Source: Octopus sinensis (Eukaryota). Taken from it: a stretch of DNA of 64,000 nt. A program made the translations under genes and the position numbers. Of the stretch, positions 25,190-38,561 are shown piece by piece. Each line of letters opens with the position of its first letter. Position 1 is the stretch's first letter. The notes under the pieces are model-generated. The model was not told where the DNA came from. It saw only the letters and a list, made by a program, of their open reading frames with translations, and did no database searches. Location: the NCBI RefSeq assembly GCF_006345805.1, contig NC_042998.1:17174001-17238000 (forward strand), given 5' to 3'.

Positions 25190-25370
25190 AATGAGGCGGC
25201 GAGTAGTCAGAATTTTTAGCACCCAGGCAAAATGCTTAGCGGCATGTCCTCTTTCTCTAGATTCCGAGTTCAAATTCCGCCGAGATCGACTTTGCCTTCC
25301 TTCTTTTCGGTGTCGATGAACTAAGTACCAGTGAAACAATGATGTAAATGCAGATTTCAGGTCTTGTATA
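25190..25370 (+). mobile_element. SINE family B
   Basis: GGCGGCGAGTAGTCAGAAT..TAGCAC...GAGTTCAAATTCCGCCGAG: tRNA-like head with B box. Confidence 0.7.
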
Positions 25371-25791
25371 TATATATACAAAGTATATAATTTAATAAAT
25401 ATAATTTTACGATTATATTAAGGGCAACTACGAAGTAATGCTACATGTTAGAAGAAAATGCCAAATGACTCTAAACTACTTTTGGAAAAAGATATTTTGG
25501 AAAACGTTTAGTCATATTTCAATCGATATCAGGATTAGTGATGTAATGTCACTCTACCCTCATCAGTATGACATAACCGAAAAGTACATAAATATAAACA
25601 TTCATATAAACCTTACCAACACAACGTATCCACAGTGACTGTACAAACGTCCACCCTTATAATTGCCCTTTTTTTATTTTGTAAACATATATACAGAATT
25701 ATATACTTTGTATTAATTTTTACCTTAATTGGTTTTTACATGCTAGCTACTTGATAAAACCCCATATAGGTTTTATCTTAATTTTAATTAT

Positions 25792-25827
<36 letters not shown>

Positions 25828-26984
25828 ATTATAATATATATATATATATATATACACGACCATTAATACGATTTAAATGTATTTCTGCCATATGCCCTTT
25901 TAATATACAGCCCATGAAACAATGAGGTGATATCACATTTATAGGTGTGTCAGTGTGTCATATTTAAATGGAAATACCAATAAGAAGATGGGACACCAAA
26001 AATAAGTAAGGCCTGCACATACTTATATTTGTATCGTGAGATTATAATCTATGCAAATGGATTTAAGTTCTCGTTCTTGAGTTACATGGCAGTAACTCCA
26101 AATTTCTTTAAAAAATCCAATAAAATCCTCCAAGATAATGCTGAAATGATATACAAAAATTATTTTCCAAGCCAGCGAAATGACTATTTACATCATCAAT
26201 ATGACCATCTACACTTGTAATATATTTTGTCAGCAAGGCATTCACTGTTAATTTCGGATATTCAAGTAGTATTGTTAATTAGTAATTGTTAATTAGATAG
26301 AAACAGCTATTAAAATTTATGAATAGTAGTGAGGAACAATTGCCTTTCCGCTTCTCATTTTTGCTATGCAAAATCCAGCATATACGTCTCACGATTCGGG
26401 AAATTTTATCTGAAAATTTGAAGGTAAATATATGAATGTAGTCAAAGTTTACCTTAGCTAATTATTTTCTCTTAACTCTCTATATCATTCAGTATATTAT
26501 TGTTTTAACCTTGAATGTACTTTAGGATTTTTAAGGACTCCGCCGTACAGTTTCTGCAAAACATACATTATTAATCTTAGGAAATATCTAATTCCTTTAA
26601 TAACATATCTAGTGTGTGCTGAATTTTAATTTAATACAGTTTCGATAAGTCATAAAAGTACAACGGTATGGTGGCTTCGTTCGTAAGTTTCAGAATTTTA
26701 CATTCTATTTCACAGTTCTATATATAATCAGCTTATATCTCTTATAATAACACGTGATAACAAAATAATATTTTTAATGTGAAGATTTTTATTATATTCA
26801 TGATTTCTAGGAACATGTATAAGTGCGTTCTTTGGAAATACTTGAATATAAGCTTCCCAGCCACTATTAATCATTGGTAAGTATAGCCAGTACTTATTCT
26901 CCGTAATTTTTACTCTATGTTAGTATATCATCACCCTCTCTCTCTATATATATATATAAAACTTACTTGGAAAAGGACGCGTGG

Positions 26985-27431
26985 CGTTCGATCATATAAT
27001 AACAATTTAAAAAATAAAACATATGCAAACATACATACATATATGTACATACCTACATCTATATGTATATATACATACATATATGGGTACAGGACACCAC
27101 AAAAACACGTAGAACACAACGAGAGACGAAAACAAAAACAAAACATAGAAACGGACTGTTTTAAACATCGAAAAAACAGAGTGCAAGATATACAACACAA
27201 GGGACATTCCCCTTCTTCAGCTGCCCCTGCTTCGACTTATTCCGTTGTATGTCTTGTACTCTGTTTTTTCGTTGTTTAAAAAAGTCCTTTTCCATGTTTT
27301 GTTTTTATGTTTTCGTTTCTGGTTTTTTTCTTGTGATGTCCTGTACCCATATATGCATGTATGTACACATATAGATGTAAGTATGTACATATATGTATAT
27401 ATGTATACATATGCTTTATTTATTAAATTGT

Positions 27432-27450
<19 letters not shown>
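26985..27450. mobile_element. Diverged fold-back of PLE-type terminal repeats (arms about 26985-27195 and 27245-27450) between (TA)n tracts
   Basis: The arms are reverse complements at roughly 85% identity by eye; same family as 1240-1530. Confidence 0.75.
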
Positions 27451-27467
<17 letters not shown>

Positions 27468-27469
<2 letters not shown>

Positions 27470-28420
27470 CTTAGAATAACTTAGAAAGGTTTTGGCCAGT
27501 ATTGGCCCAGGCCATGTCTAACTTAATAGCACCACCTGGCGAAGTCTTTCAGTTCAGGATTTGGGCACCAAGGCCCATTCGAGCAGAGAGTTATTGTTTG
27601 CGGAGACATATCCGGGTGTGGTTGGTTTGTCCGGTACTGTTTGAAGGAATTTGTCCAAAGATTTCTTGAATTTTGTGTGGTCAGTTTCTTTTTTGACGTG
27701 TCCTGGTGTTATGTTGAAGAGAGCGGGTCCAATTGAGGTGAAATAGTTGTGCCGTATTGTCGTTATGTGATGCGATTTAGATTTTTGTTGTGGACGGATG
27801 GCACGTGGTCCAAGCCTTGGATGCATTTTGAAGGTGATGCCAACATCATTCGGACAGTGCTGATGGAATATTTTCCACATCATACAGATAATGTAGCGTT
27901 CACGGCGTCGTTGGAGTGAATACGTCAGCTTCTCTAGTCTACCCCAGTAGTCAAGGTCTGACATGCCATCTATCTTTTTTGTGATTGACCTTTGGGGAGC
28001 TTCAATTCTCATAAGATTTTGTTTTGTGTAGGGAGACCACAGTGGACAGCAGTATTCAAGGTGGGGTCGGGCAAAAGTGGAGACGAGGAGGATAATAGCG
28101 TGGGAATCTCTCGACTGGAAGGTTCTGAGAATCCAGGAACACATTCTGCAGGCCATGTCAACTTTGCTGCTTATATGTGTAGCCCAGCTTATGTTGTTGT
28201 CCACTGTTACTCCCAGGTCTTTGATGTTGTTGGATGCCATGAGAGTTTCTCCAGAAGGAAGAGAGTATGGGAGTTTCAGAGCGTCCTCCCTTCCAAAGTG
28301 GATCAGTTCGAATTTGTCTTCATTTAGCAACACGTTATTCTTTTCCGCCCATTGGACAACAGCCAGTAGGCCTGACTGAAGGTTTATTCGGTCATCCACG
28401 CCATTGATGACCTATATTTG
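27468..28420 (-). mobile_element. 5'-truncated CR1-group LINE (RT C-terminal region, 281-codon open frame) with (TTCTAAGTTA)n tail
   Basis: ORF 27554-28399 contains QWAEKNNVLLNEDKF...IKDLGVTVD...RPHLEYCCPLWSP...YWGRLEK..YSLQRRRERY...FKKSLDKFLQTVPDKP. Confidence 0.92.
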
Positions 28421-28424
28421 TCTC

Positions 28425-28580
28425 CTTGTTTCTGTCCTCGTTTTTTCTGTGTATCTTTCTGTCGAAGAGCGTAGGCTCGAAACGTAAAATACTTTTTCTA
28501 TTCCTGAGCGCTATACTAATACATTTGTTTGTTTGTACTCCACCTGCCTTCGTCTTTTGTTTATTTTCGTAAACTTTCCC

Positions 28581-28590
<10 letters not shown>
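28425..28590 (+). mobile_element. PLE-type terminal repeat with hammerhead-like motif (28455-28490) ending in (TA)n
   Basis: TTT-CTGTCGA-A-GAGC-GTAG-GCTC-GAAA-CG-TA-AAA. Confidence 0.65.
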
Positions 28591-28654
<64 letters not shown>

Positions 28655-29641
28655 TGTATGTATGTATAAACTTTTTGTATAAACATTTTGCCCCCTTTAA
28701 AGCGCTTTGGAACAAAGTATTTCCGTTATGCCAAGTTATATCTTTGATATTAAGGTTGTTACTAGTAATTGTATGTCTCCGGTGTATCTAGAGGCAGAAA
28801 AGGTATATAATATTGATAGATCATTCAACCTAATTGATGTAATTCTTTTTGTTTATCTTTTCAGTTTCATGTTTCTTCAAATTCTTGTCTGCATCTCTTA
28901 CGATAGACCCAGTCAGTTTTTGATAAGCAAAATGGCATATATTGGTTGAATTAGAAGACCAATCGAATTCTGAATGCAATCATTATAAGTAACATCAAAA
29001 GCCAACCAATTCTATAAAGAATTTTAAGGACAGAACTTCCAAAATAGAAACCAAAAAAATTTCGATTCATGGTTCAGATTTGCTATTATGTCTTAAATAG
29101 TCTTTTTGTGATTAGCGGGACTTAGATTACTAATTGTTTTTAGTGCTCTTTCAATAGACTATTTTAGCCATACAGATATATGTATGTATATTTATATGTA
29201 CATAAACACACACGCCCCCCACACACACATAGGTGTATGTTTATAATGTGCTGTTCTACTCTTGGTAGGACAAAGAAACAAAATATTCCAACCAGTAAGT
29301 GATAGATATCATTTAATATACAGAGTACTTAAATGCGATCTACTATTATTTTAATACAACGGTCACCTACTTTCTTCACCGTGAAGCAATATTCGTGAAT
29401 CAGGATAGACTTTAGAGCGTTCATGATGATTCGGATATCGAGCCTGATTATATTGCGGAATTGCCTTGCGAAATCCAAGGGTTTCAGAAAAAAAGAGGAT
29501 TTGTTATATAAGGACAAGTGGTCTATGATATGATATCAATCTGTGTTAATGTCTAGGGTGATTTATTCTCGATACCACGGAAGCATTATATCACAGCTGC
29601 GCTGGAATCTAATTACAAAAGATGACACACACGCACACACA

Positions 29642-29690
<49 letters not shown>

Positions 29691-30419
29691 CACATATATA
29701 TATATATATAATATATATATATATTATATATATATATATTATATATATATATAAACAGCAGCACGGAATTTTGTCAGCGAACAGGTCGCGGTCTCAAGGC
29801 GAGCAAAAATACTTTGACAAATTAAATTCAAATTTTGAAGTGAATCTAAAGGTTTTTGTGTGTTTCTTAAATGGCTTATAAACACCTTCCGCGCTGCAAT
29901 TGTTTTCGTTCCAGCACGCAATCTCAGATCGGGTCATTTGCTATGCATGTATGAATATATGTATATACATGTATATATATATACATATGCGCGCGTGCGT
30001 GTGTGTACATGTGGGTGTGCTTTTAGTTCCTGTAAATATTGTTTTATGTACTCTAAATTCGCTGAAATTTGGCGCAGGGCTAACACAACCAAACATATAA
30101 TCAATACCGTTGTCGCTTAAAGATAAACTTTCAAAGCCCTGCTTTCAGTTTATGCCACGTTATTCATTGCCTTTTATTAAAAGAAATATTAAATGATCCC
30201 AAATCAATGGTGTGGTAACTGACAAATTTTAACACCATGCATTTCTCTCTATGTCTATAATTTCATTGTGTGTATGCGTTCTCTTGAGTGTCAACCTGTA
30301 TATGCGTTTTATTTGGATGGAAGCACATACTCGAATCAGTGTAAATATTCATATCCTGAATTTCTTAATCCTTTTCTCTAACTCCCTCTATATGTAACAT
30401 TTCTAAATCCATCACTGTT

Positions 30420-30897
30420 TGAGGAAACTCTCGATAGAGTTCAGAAGCTGGCTACCCGCATGGTTCTTGGTCTCAAGTATTTGTCTTATGAAGAAAGGCT
30501 GAAGACGCTCGACCTTTATTCCCTAGAAAAACGATGACGCCGTGGTGGTCTCATTCTTGCTCACAACATCATAAGGGGAAAGTGTAACCTCTCGAAAGAG
30601 CTGTTCTTTACTCCTGCTCCAGAGCGTCAGCTGCGGGGTCAATCTGAAAAACTCTATCTGCGACGATTTCATCTCAATCGAAGGAGAGGGGCTTTCTCCG
30701 TCCGGGTTGCGGATCCGTGGAATAAGCTGCCAGACGACATAGTGAAGATGCCGACGACCGCTCGGTTCAAAGTCTCCCTTGACCACAAATGGCCTGAACT
30801 CTTTGCATGAACACCCTCCCTGTACATAACTCCATGTCCCCCTACATGGCCTTGCCTTTTGAGCCAAAAGATTAACTTAACTTAACTTAACTTAACT
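30420..30897 (+). mobile_element. CR1-group LINE 3' fragment with (TAACT)n tail
   Basis: Translation ETLDRVQKLATRMVLGLKYLSYEERLKTLDLYSLEKR*RRGGLILAHNII...LRGQSEKL...AFSVRVADPWNKLPDDIV...FKVSLDHKWPELFA*. Confidence 0.9.
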
Positions 30898-31339
30898 CTT
30901 TCCCCCAATGTACTTCAGATATGGTCTTCAGTTTTATTCTCTTTCAATTCTCACCATACTCTCTATTTCAGGTAGGCTATGGGAAAGGATAACTAAGTTC
31001 GACATCATACTTCAGATTATATTCTCTTCTTGCACTCTCTAATCTATTTTCTCTTTGACAAACAGTATAAGCCGAAGTGTAAGGTCCTTTCCTTTTCTTT
31101 ATATGGGGTATTTGCCTTCCTTGAATACTTCTTTGATTGTTATTTTCACTTTATATTTCGATACTTTTTCAGAAATGTGCCTTTGTTTGTCTTACTCCGC
31201 ATATTGCCTGGTCTTTACTTTGACACATGTTCTTACTGCTGTTGTTTTAAAGTGTCTGTGTATGAATAAATATATGTATGCACATATATATATATATATA
31301 TAGTACGTGAAGCTCGTTCAGGACCATAATTATACTTCT

Positions 31340-31680
31340 AGAAGCTGTGTGGTAATTAGCTTGCTTACCAACCACATGGCTCCGGGTTCAATCCCAGTGC
31401 GTGGCACCTTGGTCAATTGTCTTCTACTATAGTCTTGGGCCGACCAAAGCCTTGTGAATGGATGTGGTAGACGGAAACTGAAAGAAGCCTGTCGTATATA
31501 TATGTGCGTGTGTCTGTGTTTGTCTCCTCTCCATCGCTTGACAACCGATGTTGGTGTGTTTAGGTCTCCGTAGGTGTGTTTAGGTCTCCGATAGAATAAG
31601 TACTGGGTTTACAAAGAATGATGACTGGAGTCGATTTGTTCGACGAAAGGACGTGCTCCAGCATGGCCGCAGAATAAAAG
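31340..31680 (+). mobile_element. SINE family A (diverged, internally deleted)
   Basis: Head, core and tail motifs are recognisable. Confidence 0.85.
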
Positions 31681-31849
31681 AATTCATATGATCGATTTCG
31701 ACAGTCGATTGATGACACTACTGTCCTGATATCTCATTCAATGTTTTTATTTGATTCCATTAAAACTATGAGCAGAACAAATCAATGTTACTTATTAATA
31801 ATTCTTTCTTTTATAAGCAGAAGGCTGATACTTTGCGGGAGGGGATAAG

Positions 31850-32775
31850 TCTATTACATCGAACACCGTGTTTCACTGGTACTTAAATTATCGATCCTGA
31901 AAGGATGAAACGCAAATTCGACTTCAAAGATGGAAGGGATACTGGGAGGTGGCCACGGACTTCGAAAGACAAGTAATATTTCCACTAATAAAAACAAAAA
32001 AAGACCGGATTTAGTTCCATGGAACAGAGACCGGAGAATGGGAATATTACTAGAACTGACAGTACCCTGGGAAGAGAACATCGGCAATGCAGAGGAACGA
32101 AAGGAGAAGAGGTATGAAAAGCTAATCGAAGAATGCAGAGAACAGGGATGGAATGTCGAATATTATCACCTGACTGTGGGAGCTAGAGGCTTCATTGAAA
32201 AGAAAATGACAACGCTTCTCAAAAGAAGATTTGTTTTTTCTAGCTCCGAGCTGCGTAAACTAATAAGGAGAGTACAAGAGGCGGTCGAAAAAGCTAGCTT
32301 CTATATATGGCTGAAGCGGGAAGAGCGAAAATGGCTTGAAAGCCATAAACACACCGACGGGAAATAACATCATTAGGTGAGACAAGCTGACTGACAGGTC
32401 ACGGTCGTTTAGAAAAAGCGCGGGCTAAAACTGCGCGCTGGGGCTGCCTGCTGGAGCCTAGCGACAGGTATTTAAAGGGAAAAAATTGACAAAACAGTCA
32501 GGCACCGGCTGACACTCGCTGACGATACATCGAAGAGGCCAGGGAACAGAAGAAAGAAGAAAGAAGACATGCACCCAACACCAGAGCTGAAGACACCTCC
32601 GAAAGGTGGGGGGGGGCTGCCACGTCAAAACGGTGGAGGAGTAAGGGCCGAAACCGGACGTGGTTCCTCCTGATGATGTCTTGAGCTAAATGGATCCTAT
32701 AAAGGAGCTGTTGTGGTAGCAGACCACGAAACACCGTTGTAATTCCTCTTGAACTTCGACGTTGCGGCAGGCGAA
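31850..32775 (+). mobile_element. 3' fragment of a restriction-like-endonuclease non-LTR retrotransposon (HERO/NeSL-like) with GC-rich 3' UTR
   Basis: WEVATDFERQVIFP..(frameshift)..RPDLVPW...ILLELTVPWEENIGNAEERKEKRYEKL...CREQGWNVEYYHLTVGARGF...VEKASFYIWLKR matches the RPD-x-ELTVPWE-x-K-x-Y-x-GW-x-VG-x-RG pattern of the RLE domain. Confidence 0.85.
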
Positions 32776-33948
32776 ATATCTCTAAGCATTTCGTCTGGCG
32801 TGATAAATATTCTGCCAGCTCACCGCCTTCCTGTTACTTATTAATAATGAATACAATGGATATCAGCATTAATAATTTGGATCATGTTGCTGTAAATGTG
32901 CTTACCATATTCCTGTGAGTTGAGAGCTCGTAAGTGGTGATATTCTTTTATTACTGAAAGTGATTTAAATGTACATAATCTCCTCTAATATAAATTTATT
33001 TACACTTTTTTTGTGACATACGCAATTGCTTTTCAATAGAAAAATTATGCTTCGTCTTATTAGTAGGATATTTTCGGATATCGAAAAATATTGCGTGAAG
33101 CATAATTTAAATTAAGGAGATGAAATGCAAGCATAAATATAAAATTACCAAACGAATACTGTTTTTCGAGTACTTCCTTAACCAGCATATAATATTTGTT
33201 TGATCATGCAAAAGATTATGATTTAAATGCAGCACCTAAGTCCGTGTACACAAAACATACTGAGGAAAAAAATTCAGATCATATAGTCGCAGCACGTTGG
33301 GCCGCTTTCATTATCGAATTATTTACAGATAATTGCATGAGAGACGCATACAGGCCTCGGAAACGTTTAGTCTTTCATCACTTATCCGATCCAGTATTAC
33401 AGGTCAATTGGAACTCTGTAATGTAGTAATATTCTTTTCTGTTTGACGGTATAAATATGAGATTTGCGAATAAAGTGTGAATTCTAATTGAAGATCTACG
33501 AATTATAACAGTAAAGATGTTAAGCATTAACAACTTAAGATTATTTTATTTGGAGGACACAGTTTCAAATTTTGAATAAATTTTAAAGAAGGAGAAAAAT
33601 TCATATTTTCATATAACTTGCCGGTAAGTGTAACATTCGAGTTCATATATTTCCAAAGAAATTTACTTAAATTCAGATAAGCATGATAAAGTAAAAACAT
33701 GAATTTATTATAAACTGAATAGTGTAGTTGAAATAAATTCATAATTCTTGCTACAGTAATACAATTTTGCAAACAACATATTAACCATTTGCTGTTACGT
33801 TTCAAGTCATAACATAGATTTCCCCCGAGTAAAATATATTTCTTATTGCATTTACATATTGAGCAATAATTTAGAAAAGGGATTTTTCATGAGACTGTTC
33901 AGGAGAGGTCTATTATAACGTGCACCCCCTGCAATAAATTTCACATAC

Positions 33949-34005
<57 letters not shown>

Positions 34006-34646
34006 ATATACCTGTGTGTATGCATGTATGTATACATGTATGTATGCATGCATATATGCATGCTTGCATGTATGCATGCATGCATGCATGTATGTATGTA
34101 TGTATATATGTTCTTTCCAGCATGCTTAAAACTGTAAGTACTAAGGAACCTGAATCCAAATGTTTGATCCATATGTATATATATATATAATTATAATAAA
34201 GGGTTATTTGCAACAAATTGCTTACACCACGTACCGAAAATATTAGAAATAGCAGCCAAATAGATTTCCATTACTATTACTACAAAAATAAATCTCCACA
34301 AACAAAAGTATTTGCAACACGTATATGGTAAGAAAGAAGGAAGACAACAAAATCACACAGTCTACTTAGGATCAATTATGGACGAATCATTTCTGGATTA
34401 GAATCGAAAATTCATTTCCTTATCAACATAATATTTCCTATAAATCTAGAAATGCTGGGAAAAAACTCACCAATTATATCAATTCGATCAGGCGACATCG
34501 AACGATTTAACATCTGCCAGCATCTCCACGTTTATATAGACAAGCGAATTCGTATCTCCCTCCAAAATTTCACCACGTGAGTTACAAAAACAGTACCACC
34601 GAAGCGAAGTTTCGCAGATTCATTGTAAGTGAGTAATAGTATCGGA

Positions 34647-34664
34647 TATATATATATATATAAT

Positions 34665-34732
<68 letters not shown>

Positions 34733-35322
34733 CTGTGTGTATGTGTGTGTGTATGTGTGTGTATGCATATATGTAAGTGTTTATGTATGTTTTTACTTAT
34801 GTATTTATGTGTGTACGTTTTCTTTTCTGTTTTTGGTTATTGAAATTACTTCCTTAAAGAAGGAACTCGTTTCTAACAAAGATACAAAGTTCCATCGCTA
34901 GAATGTAGATAACAAATAGCATTGTCACATTTTAATCCTGAGAAATGTTTTGCATAGATGTACTGTTTCATTTAGAGACTGCATTTGTAATGTGCGAATC
35001 ACTTGGTTGAATTTTTCTGAAAATATCAATCTAACTGAGACTTGGGCATTTAGTTACAAAACCAAGATCCCTGATTATTATTTATAAAAATGTAAATTTT
35101 TAATCATGACAGAGACGCTATTTATATATGTACAGATATACAACTTTTAATTTAAAGTAGGCGCAGAAGTGGCTGTGTGGTAAGTAGCTTGCTTACCAAC
35201 CAAATGGTTTCGGGTTCAGTCCCACTGCGTGGCATCTTGGACAAGTGCCTTCTGCTATAGCCCCGGGCCGACCAATGCCTTGTGAGTGGATTTGGGAGAC
35301 GGAAACTGAAAGAAGCCTGTCG

Positions 35323-35353
<31 letters not shown>

Positions 35354-35368
35354 ATATATATATATATA

Positions 35369-35410
<42 letters not shown>

Positions 35411-36024
35411 CTGTGTGTATGTGTGTGTGTATGTGTGTGTGTATGTGTGTGTGTATGTGTGTGTATGCATATATGTAAGTGTTTATGTATGTTTTTACTT
35501 ATGTATTTATGTGTGTACGTTTTCTTTTCTGTTTTTGGTTATTGAAATTACTTCCTTAAAGAAGGAACTCGTTTCTAACAAAGATACAAAGTTCCATCGC
35601 TAGAATGTAGATAACAAATAGCATTGTCAGATTTTAATCCTGAGAAATGTTTTGCATAGATGTACTGTTTCATTTAGAGACTGCATTTGTAATGTGCGAA
35701 TCACTTGGTTGAATTTTTCTGAAAATATCAATCTAACTGAGACTTGGGAATTTAGTTACAAAACCAAGATCCCTGATTATTATTTATAAAAATGTAAATT
35801 TTTAATCATGACAGAGACGCTATTTATATATGTACAGATATACAACTTTTAATTTAAAGTAGGCGCAGAAGTGGCTGTGTGGTAAGTAGCTTGCTTACCA
35901 ACCAAATGGTTTCGGGTTCAGTCCCACTGCGTGGCATCTTGGACAAGTGCCTTCTGCTATAGCCCCGGGCCGACCAATGCCTTGTGAGTGGATTTGGGAG
36001 ACGGAAACTGAAAGAAGCCTGTCG

Positions 36025-36055
<31 letters not shown>

Positions 36056-36070
36056 ATATATATATATATA

Positions 36071-36112
<42 letters not shown>

Positions 36113-36746
36113 CTGTGTGTATGTGTGTGTGTATGTGTGTGTGTATGTGTGTGTGTATGTGTGTGTATGCATATATGTAAGTGTTTATGTATGTTTTTAC
36201 TTATGTATTTATGTGTGTACGTTTTCTTTTCTGTTTTTGGTTATTGAAATTACTTCCTTAAAGAAGGAACTCGTTTCTAACAAAGATACAAAGTTCCATC
36301 GCTAGAATGTAGATAACAAATAGCATTGTCAGATTTTAATCCTGAGAAATGTTTTGCATAGATGTACTGTTTCATTTAGAGACTGCATTTGTAATGTGCG
36401 AATCACTTGGTTGAATTTTTCTGAAAATATCAATCTAACTGAGACTTGGGAATTTAGTTACAAAACCAAGATCCCTGATTATTATTTATAAAAATGTAAA
36501 TTTTTAATCATGACAGAGACGCTATTTATATATGTACAGATATACAACTTTTAATTTAAAGTAGGCGCAGAAGTGGCTGTGTGGTAAGTAGCTTGCTTAC
36601 CAACCAAATGGTTTCGGGTTCAGTCCCACTGCGTGGCATCTTGGACAAGTGCCTTCTGCTATAGCCCCGGGCCGACCAATGCCTTGTGAGTGGATTTGGG
36701 AGACGGAAACTGAAAGAAGCCTGTCGTATATATATATATATATATA
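34647..36746 (+). repeat. Near-identical tandem triplication, period 702 bp, with breakpoints in (TA)n
   Basis: The SINE head GTAGGCGCAGAAG starts at 35157, 35859 and 36561. The unique parts of units 2 and 3 look identical; I saw two substitutions in unit 1. Confidence 0.95.
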
Positions 36747-36970
36747 TGAATCTGTGTGTGTTTGTGTGTCTGTGTTTGTCCCCCTAGCATCGCTTGACAA
36801 CCGATGCTGGTGTGTTTACGTCCCTGCCACTTAGCGGTTCGGCAAGGGAGACCGATAGAATAAGTATTGGGCTTACAAAGAATAAGTCCCGCGGTCGATT
36901 TGCTCGACTAAAGGCGGTGCTCCAGCATGGCCGCAGTCAGGTGACTGAAACAAGTAAAAGAGAGAATAAA
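36561..36970 (+). mobile_element. SINE family A, complete copy (its 5' half is repeated at 35157-35325 and 35859-36027)
   Basis: Head, internal microsatellite and tail are all present. Confidence 0.9.
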
Positions 36971-38057
36971 GAGAGCAAAGATGCACAATAATTCTGTTGA
37001 ATTCAAATATATTGTATATACGGAGCGATAATCAAGATTTAATTCACACCACCACATATCGACGGTAAAACTGTATAACAACAGTAACTTTAAATATTCC
37101 ATTCTAGATAGAATGGAAGTAGAATTGTATCAAGATATATCTTATGCCAGATAAATAATATGAAAGGAGTAATCTCTAAACCAGTGAAAGAACCCAAAGT
37201 CTGTTTCAAATCAATCTCTCTAAATTGTACTTAATTACTTGGTGATAATATAATACTTGGTATTGTTATCATTAATTCTTTCCCTTATATTTCCCATTTC
37301 TCATTTTGCAATTAATACTCTAATACAAATTTTGCTTCTTTTATCTATATTCATGTTAGAACGATAAGAGATTTTCTAAAAAGAAAAAATTGTTACTCTC
37401 ACTAAACAGTATAAAAGAGGAAAAAAACTCACCATAAAAGTTTATGAAAAAGAAAACAATTAATACAAACGACTACTTTAATTCCGTAAGCGGAGTGGGG
37501 TCTGTTGAAAAAAAAAAAGTAACTTTTTCTAAGAAATATGTGGAGGTACAAAGAAATGTGATATAAATCAATAACTTGGAATTCTTATCTCAGTTCCGAC
37601 ATTTCGAGTTAAGAAACAATATAACGAAACTGAAGTATTTAAATTATGATTTATGTATTTTTAAAATGTTGTCAACGCCTTAAAGAAGAAATAAATTCTC
37701 TTTCTCATTTAGGCTTATTTTTACTTTCATGTCAAACAATTCAACAAAAGGAAAATCACTTCACAATGGAAAACAATTCACTATCAATGAATACGCGCCC
37801 GCTCGCACGCACATACACACGCACACGCAGAGAGACGTACACGCGCGCGCACACACAATCACAGGTGCACACGCATACACTAAACGAATTGACATATTGA
37901 CATGTAAGCACACGTTGTAAGCGAGACTGTATACGGATCAAAACTTGTATCTGCCTTGTATATAGTATATTTTCCTCGAAATTAGGTACTTGTGCAGGTT
38001 GCTCAGTAAGTACTGTCATAGATGTATATAATGTACATACACACACACACACACACG

Positions 38058-38084
<27 letters not shown>

Positions 38085-38090
<6 letters not shown>

Positions 38091-38560
38091 CAAAATGGGA
38101 CAAGAACGCCAAACATTCAAATAGACGATACAAAAAATACGAACGGGTCATTCGAAGCCTCTAATCTTCAGTCAAGAACCGGATCATTCTCGCAAATTCG
38201 GCTGACTAGTCTTGAGATTGCTCCGATCTGGCCAGCCCCAAGGGAACACCTAAGCTACGAGCATTAGATTTCTTGGAAAAAGGATCCACTGTATACGAAA
38301 CAAGGACAGTAAAACGGACGATGTTACACGAATATAAATACAAAAAGCAAAACATATTATTTATATAAACACAAAAAACAATAATAATATTAATAATAAC
38401 AGGACACAACAACAGGCGTCTTTCGACTTAGACGAATTGAACTCAGCTGGCGTATTTGAAAAGTAATGCCTTAGGACAGACGAAGAAAGCGATGTTATCG
38501 TGGTGCTGGTCCGAAGCGAAAAGTCTATAGTAGGCCAGCGGTTACGTGAGAAGAAAAGAG
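38085..38560 (-). mobile_element. Probable PLE-type terminal repeat (T-rich on the minus strand) ending in (TA)n
   Basis: Composition and (TA)n anchoring as in the other terminal repeats; only degenerate CTGAAGA and GTCGAAAG motifs. Family assignment is inferred. Confidence 0.4.
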
Positions 38561-38561
38561 A

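Noticed and set aside
34647-36746. Regular repeat-spacer appearance (CRISPR-like)
   Set aside because: The period is 702 bp, the intervening parts are identical rather than unique, no cas genes are present, and the context is eukaryotic.
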